Of a DNA stretch of 64,000 nucleotides, positions 59,666 through 64,000 are shown in pieces. Each line of letters starts with the position of its first letter. Position 1 is the stretch's first letter. Origin of the DNA: Chloroflexota bacterium (GTDB lineage: Bacteria > Chloroflexota > Anaerolineae > UBA1429); NCBI GenBank assembly GCA_036774405.1, contig DAIPBO010000015.1, positions 4,497 through 68,496 on the forward strand, given 5' to 3'. Made by a program: the position numbers and the translations under genes. Below the pieces are notes generated by a model that was not told where the DNA came from, searched no databases, and saw nothing but the letters and a program-made list of their open reading frames with translations.

Positions 59666-60829
59666 TCAGGGCACCTGGCCGCCGACCTGCTCGATATTCC
59701 GCACGTGCTCCTCGTATGTCTCGGCGAACACGTGCGAGCCGTCGCCCTGCGCCACAAAAAAACGATAGGGCGTGTCTACCGGCTGCAGCGCAGCCTCGAT
59801 GGCCCCCAGCCCTGGGTTACAGATGGGCGAAGGCGGCAGCCCTGGGTTCAGATAGGTGTTGTACGGTGAGGCGATCGACGAGTACTCTTCAATCGTCAAC
59901 GGGCGCCACCAGTCGTCGGCCTCGGCATCGTAGCCGCGCGCGTATTGCACGGTGGGGTCGGCCTGCAGATACATGCCGTCCTCGAGGCGTTTGGCGTACA
60001 CGCCGGCGATGAGTGGTTGCTCGTCTGCTACGACTGCTTCGCGCTCGACGATACTGGCGAGTGTGACCACCTCATACACGCTGCGCCCCGTGGCGTTGGC
60101 ACGCGCGAGCATGTCGGCTGGCATGCGCCCCTGCCAGGTGCTCACCATGATCTCGACAATACGCGCTGCGCTGGCATTGAGCGGGAACTGATAAGTGTCG
60201 GGAAAGAGAAACCCCTCTATGCTGGCGGGGCTGCCTGCAGGGCGGTCATCGAGCAGCGGGTTACCGCTCACGCCGCTGCGCACCGCCGCCAAAAAGGCCT
60301 CGGCTTCGACGACGTCGCTCTCGTCGAGCAGGGCGGCGATCTGCTCGGCTCGCAGACCCTCGGGCACCGTCACGGTCACAGCGGGGAGCCTGCCATGCTG
60401 CAGATTGCGTACCATCTGCTCCATGGTCATGTCGGGCCGCAGCTCGAACACGCCTGCCTGAATATCACTATCCGCGCCCCAGTATTGCACCATGCGCCGG
60501 AATAGCTCAGCGTTGCTCACCAAACCCTCGCGCTCCAGACGCTGCGCGATGCCAGTTAACGTCTCGCCCGAACGAATGACAAAGGTGCGCTCGCGGCTAT
60601 CGTCGGGGTTGGCGGGAGCGTTCATCTGGTCGCCATACATCTGGCGAAGATACAGCCCGATGGCCCAGCGCTCAACCCTGCTGGCGGTGATCTCAAAGGG
60701 CGTATCGCGTTTGGTCTCGTCGGCAGCTTGCCAGGTGTACCAGAGCCCTGCCGTAACGATCAGGCCGACGGCCAGCAACGTCAGGGCAGCTGTGAGCACC
60801 CGCAGCGTCCAGCGCAAGGCGTTGTTCAT
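59666..60829 (-). CDS. mltG: Endolytic transglycosylase MltG
   Basis: N-terminal TM; TVPEG, EGFLFPDTY, LASIVEREA (catalytic Glu), LQADPTV, YNTY...GLPP.PI.NPG. Confidence 0.94.
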   Translation of the reverse strand: MNNALRWTLRVLTAALTLLAVGLIVTAGLWYTWQAADETKRDTPFEITASRVERWAIGLYLRQMYGDQMNAPANPDDSRERTFVIRSGETLTGIAQRLEREGLVSNAELFRRMVQYWGADSDIQAGVFELRPDMTMEQMVRNLQHGRLPAVTVTVPEGLRAEQIAALLDESDVVEAEAFLAAVRSGVSGNPLLDDRPAGSPASIEGFLFPDTYQFPLNASAARIVEIMVSTWQGRMPADMLARANATGRSVYEVVTLASIVEREAVVADEQPLIAGVYAKRLEDGMYLQADPTVQYARGYDAEADDWWRPLTIEEYSSIASPYNTYLNPGLPPSPICNPGLGAIEAALQPVDTPYRFFVAQGDGSHVFAETYEEHVRNIEQVGGQVP

Positions 60830-61251
60830 GTATTCCTGCTCATCTGATGGTCGATATAGTCCTGCAGCAACACTGCCGCAGCCACTGCGTCTACCTGCTG
60901 GGCGCGCTTCTGCGGCGACAGCCCCTCGGCAGAGAGGATCTCGTTGGCACGTCGGGTGGTCTCTCGTTCATCATGAAAGATGATGGGCACCGCCACATGC
61001 TGCTCCAAGCCGCGCACAAAGGCGCGCGTTGAGGCGACCTGTTTGCCCTCGCTGCCGTCGGGCAGCAACGGCAGCCCCACCACGATGGCTCTGATGCCTT
61101 GCTGGCTAACCAGTGCGGCAATGCGCACAAAGCCGCCTGGCCCGCGGCGACGCGGAATCATCTCCAGCGGGCGCGCCAGCTGTTCCAGCTCGTCAGAGAT
61201 GGCGACGCCGGTACGCTCATCGCCCACGTCGAGTGCCAGTAGCCGCGTCAT
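60826..61251 (-). CDS. ruvX: RuvX/YqgF pre-16S rRNA nuclease
   Basis: LALDVG.ERTGVAISD, VVGLP, DERETT, DAVAAAVLLQ. Confidence 0.94.
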   Translation of the reverse strand: MTRLLALDVGDERTGVAISDELEQLARPLEMIPRRRGPGGFVRIAALVSQQGIRAIVVGLPLLPDGSEGKQVASTRAFVRGLEQHVAVPIIFHDERETTRRANEILSAEGLSPQKRAQQVDAVAAAVLLQDYIDHQMSRNT

Positions 61252-62741
61252 GGGGCACCGGCGTCGACTGCTACGCTGATACGCACGGGCAGCACCGGCA
61301 GGCGCTCCCAACGCGGCGGCAACACTGTGACCTTGGGCGCAGCGGCCAACTCGAAACTGTCGCTCAACCAGGCCGTGGCTGTGTCGACCTCTTGGCCGCG
61401 CACCCCGTGGCGCACGCTGTCCACCTCGATCACCTGTGCCAGGCTGCCTCGTGCCATCACGTCAAAGGTGATCTCGCCGCCCTGCACAGAGACCTGCTCC
61501 GAGGGTTGGAGCGCAAGCGTGTCTTCCACCAGACGCAGATCGGCTTTGCCCTGCGCCTCTAGCATGCGCGTGGCCAGTAACTCTAGGTCGCGTGAACGGA
61601 TGGCCTCGCCGCGCGCCACCACCTTCATGGTCATTGAGACGATCTCGCTGCGCTGGTCGAGCACCTGATCGTGCTTGTATGACATGACCTGCACGTCGAG
61701 CGAGGCCTGCACGATCGACTCTCCCTCCTCAAGCTCGTCGGCCAGTTGCTGTCTGGCGAGCTCAGTCAGGCGCGCCAACGCCTCATCATAGAGCGCGTTC
61801 TGATCCTCGGCGCTCACCCTCGCGATCTCTCGCATCGCCCCACCGCTGGTGGCGCTGTCGTTGATCACCTCAAGAGAGGAAGCCAACCCCCCCTCGATAA
61901 TGTTGATGGTCAGGGCGCGCACATTGCCCACAGGGCCAGCGTCGGCCGCCATGATGGGCACCCTCACGGTGGCGTTGTACTGCGCCGGCAACGAGGCATC
62001 GTTCACCGTGTAAAAGCGGGCCGTTTGCCCCGATCCGGTGCGCACATACGTGCCCTTGGGGATGCTCACTGCCTGGTCCGAGCGGTTGGCAAAAACGACA
62101 TCGCCCGCGGCAAAGGTGTCGGGCTCGGTGGCACGGCCAGTGGTGGCCTGCTGCGCTACATCCTCGACGATCACCTGTACCATACGGGCGGGCAGCAGGG
62201 CCTGTCCATAGTCGATCTCGGTGCGCAACGGGCTGGCCGTCACCGTGAACCTCACCTCGGCAGCCTGGGTGATGGGCTGCAGGGTGATCTCAGCACTGGG
62301 CAACACCACGGCAATGGTGGCCGCAATGATGCCCAGCAGCAAAAGCGCGCCGAGCAAACCCGCTGCAAACGCGGCCAGCCCCAGGTGGCGCGGGCGCCTG
62401 AACTGTGCAGCCGAGAGCGTGCGCACCTCGGCGTGGCTGTCTTTGCCCTCGACGCGCTGCACGCTCCGCTGCAGCGCCGGCGGCAACATGATGTACGGCG
62501 GCAGGCCGGCCTCGCGGGCCAGTTGGCGCACCTGGCTGCGCAGGCTCACCAGCCGCAGGTCGACGCCGACCTCGCTGGCCGCGTGGCCCAGGCGTCGCAG
62601 GTTGAGCAGGTTCTGGGCCCAGCGAGTTCTCCAGGGCAGCACCAGCCAAACCTGGTCGCCCGCCCTGTGGCGCCGCACCAGGCTGGCGGCAACGCTGACT
62701 GTCACATGACGCTGCAAGCGATAGACGTGTATCGACGCCAA
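61248..62741 (-). CDS. Single-pass membrane protein with extracytoplasmic baseplate J/gp47-like domain
   Basis: TTG start after GGAGG; soluble N-domain; TM helix; A.G.VVFAN.....IPKGT.V....F.T...V.A...G..GNV....I...V.N..A.SGG pattern typical of Baseplate_J. Confidence 0.75.
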   Translation of the reverse strand: MASIHVYRLQRHVTVSVAASLVRRHRAGDQVWLVLPWRTRWAQNLLNLRRLGHAASEVGVDLRLVSLRSQVRQLAREAGLPPYIMLPPALQRSVQRVEGKDSHAEVRTLSAAQFRRPRHLGLAAFAAGLLGALLLLGIIAATIAVVLPSAEITLQPITQAAEVRFTVTASPLRTEIDYGQALLPARMVQVIVEDVAQQATTGRATEPDTFAAGDVVFANRSDQAVSIPKGTYVRTGSGQTARFYTVNDASLPAQYNATVRVPIMAADAGPVGNVRALTINIIEGGLASSLEVINDSATSGGAMREIARVSAEDQNALYDEALARLTELARQQLADELEEGESIVQASLDVQVMSYKHDQVLDQRSEIVSMTMKVVARGEAIRSRDLELLATRMLEAQGKADLRLVEDTLALQPSEQVSVQGGEITFDVMARGSLAQVIEVDSVRHGVRGQEVDTATAWLSDSFELAAAPKVTVLPPRWERLPVLPVRISVAVDAGAP

Positions 62742-62767
62742 CGATCCTCCCGTTACAGGCCAACGCC

Positions 62768-64000
62768 TTACGATGCGCTGCGCCAGTCGATGATGTCGAG
62801 CAACGCTCGGTCGAGCTCGCCGCCGGGGCCGTACTGTCGGGCCACATAGTGGGCCAACGACCAGGATGGCAGCAGCGCTGGCCCATAGGTCTGCCGTGTC
62901 CAGTTCATCACCCGATCGTTCCTGTAATTCTCGAGCGTGGCGAGGCGTGGACAGCGCGCCAGGCCCAGTGCTTGCTCCCAATAGGGCGTTTCGAGGGCGA
63001 GCAGGGCCTCTGACGCCTTATGAGAGAGGTCCAGACCATAGTGCTGGTCTGGCAACCCAGGGCCACGCTCCTCTGGAGGCACGAGCTCGCACAGCCCGTC
63101 GAGCCATGCCTGCAGGGCGCGCCAATAGCGGCGCGCCAGGCGGTCGAGCCCTTCACGATCGAGCCTGCCAGCACGATATTCGTGCATGAGCTGTAGACGC
63201 TCCTCGCGCTGCAGCGGCAGGCCCTCGAGCGTCGCGTCGATGATGCCCATGGCGCCCTCATCGCTGCGGGCCGACCAGACGATGCGCCCCTGATGCAGGC
63301 GATCGAGATACGCCTCATTCTCATCGAGCAGCACCAGCAGAGCGTCGCCCAGCGGAGCGGCCAGCGCCACGCGCTGCGGTACAATGCTCGCTAACGAAAT
63401 CTGCAGCTTGGCCGACAGCGCCTCGAGGGTGCGCACCCATTCGATGGGCGCCGCAAAGAAACACAGGTCGGCCTCTAGCAGCGTGCCCTGCAGGCTGACG
63501 GGGTCGAGCACCTGGTGGCCGTCGACGCGCACCTGTGCTGGTACGCCGCAGGTGATCACATAGCGCTCGAGCTGTTTCTGCTGATCCAGACGGTCGAGCG
63601 CTTCTCGATACCCACGCCGCAAGAGGTCGCGCACTTCGTCGAGCTTGATCGGCTGCGTGGGGCGGTTGCGCTCACGTCGCGGCCTTACGGCGGCGCTCAA
63701 GGTGATGCTGTCGGGCACGCTCATGGTGACGGTGTCGGCCACCACCTTGCGCTGATAGTTGCCGTGCTCGGTCATATCCTCGGCCTGCGTCAGCGCCAGG
63801 TCTGCCCCAATAAACCATCGCTCGGGATCAGGGAACTGCGCGCGGCCCAACCCGTGTACGGGAGACACGCCCACGCCCAGCACATCGGCAATGCCGTGCG
63901 ATAGCTTCACCACGGCTCCGCGCACATGGTCACGCTCCCATGTGAGCAAGCTATGAAAATGAGGCGAGCTCTCGGATGTGGGAGCGCGGCGCCGCTGGAG
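62768..64000 (-). CDS. FtsA-like actin-fold protein, degenerate (5' end possibly beyond window)
   Basis: VLGVG......G......D; V..R..P...I...E; VDGH.V.DP..L.G..LE...; overall FtsA-like layout but no DIG or DxGG ATP motifs. The frame stays open to the window edge. Confidence 0.62.
   Translation of the reverse strand, partial: LQRRRAPTSESSPHFHSLLTWERDHVRGAVVKLSHGIADVLGVGVSPVHGLGRAQFPDPERWFIGADLALTQAEDMTEHGNYQRKVVADTVTMSVPDSITLSAAVRPRRERNRPTQPIKLDEVRDLLRRGYREALDRLDQQKQLERYVITCGVPAQVRVDGHQVLDPVSLQGTLLEADLCFFAAPIEWVRTLEALSAKLQISLASIVPQRVALAAPLGDALLVLLDENEAYLDRLHQGRIVWSARSDEGAMGIIDATLEGLPLQREERLQLMHEYRAGRLDREGLDRLARRYWRALQAWLDGLCELVPPEERGPGLPDQHYGLDLSHKASEALLALETPYWEQALGLARCPRLATLENYRNDRVMNWTRQTYGPALLPSWSLAHYVARQYGPGGELDRALLDIIDWRSAS

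Noticed and set aside
61248-62741. Baseplate J-like gene as evidence of a prophage or contractile injection system
   Set aside because: No capsid, sheath, tube, integrase or att site in the window; it has a TM helix and is coupled to core genes

Overview
A GC-rich (by eye roughly 60-65%) bacterial chromosomal segment. It is most consistent with a Chloroflexota (Anaerolineae-like) genome; this is inferred from gene content, not from a search. I see no prophage, IS or CRISPR array. Housekeeping content includes a large Alu-domain SRP RNA, rsmA, rplS, rnhB, bS22, coaD, recG, degV/fakA/asp23, rpmB, rpe, rlmN, thiI, malQ, ferritin/PerR-like/trxB, three tandem M42 peptidases, ruvX and mltG. The standout items are: (1) a long archaeal/eukaryote-type DNA topoisomerase IB with all five catalytic residues and a fused GNAT-like C-terminal domain; (2) a complete mre11/sbcD-rad50/sbcC-nurA-HAS barrel-herA operon; (3) an operon coupling a degenerate FtsA-like actin-fold protein and a membrane-anchored baseplate-J-like protein to ruvX and mltG, with no phage genes nearby; (4) a GyrA/ParC paralog with a duplicated basic histone-like tail; (5) a DEDDh exonuclease-WYL fusion; (6) a 2,631-aa DUF11 surface protein with a four-domain higher-order repeat; (7) a perfect 44-bp palindrome and a probable ATC start codon. 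Where I moved a start codon away from the ORF track, I used RBS and motif logic, so those starts are estimates.
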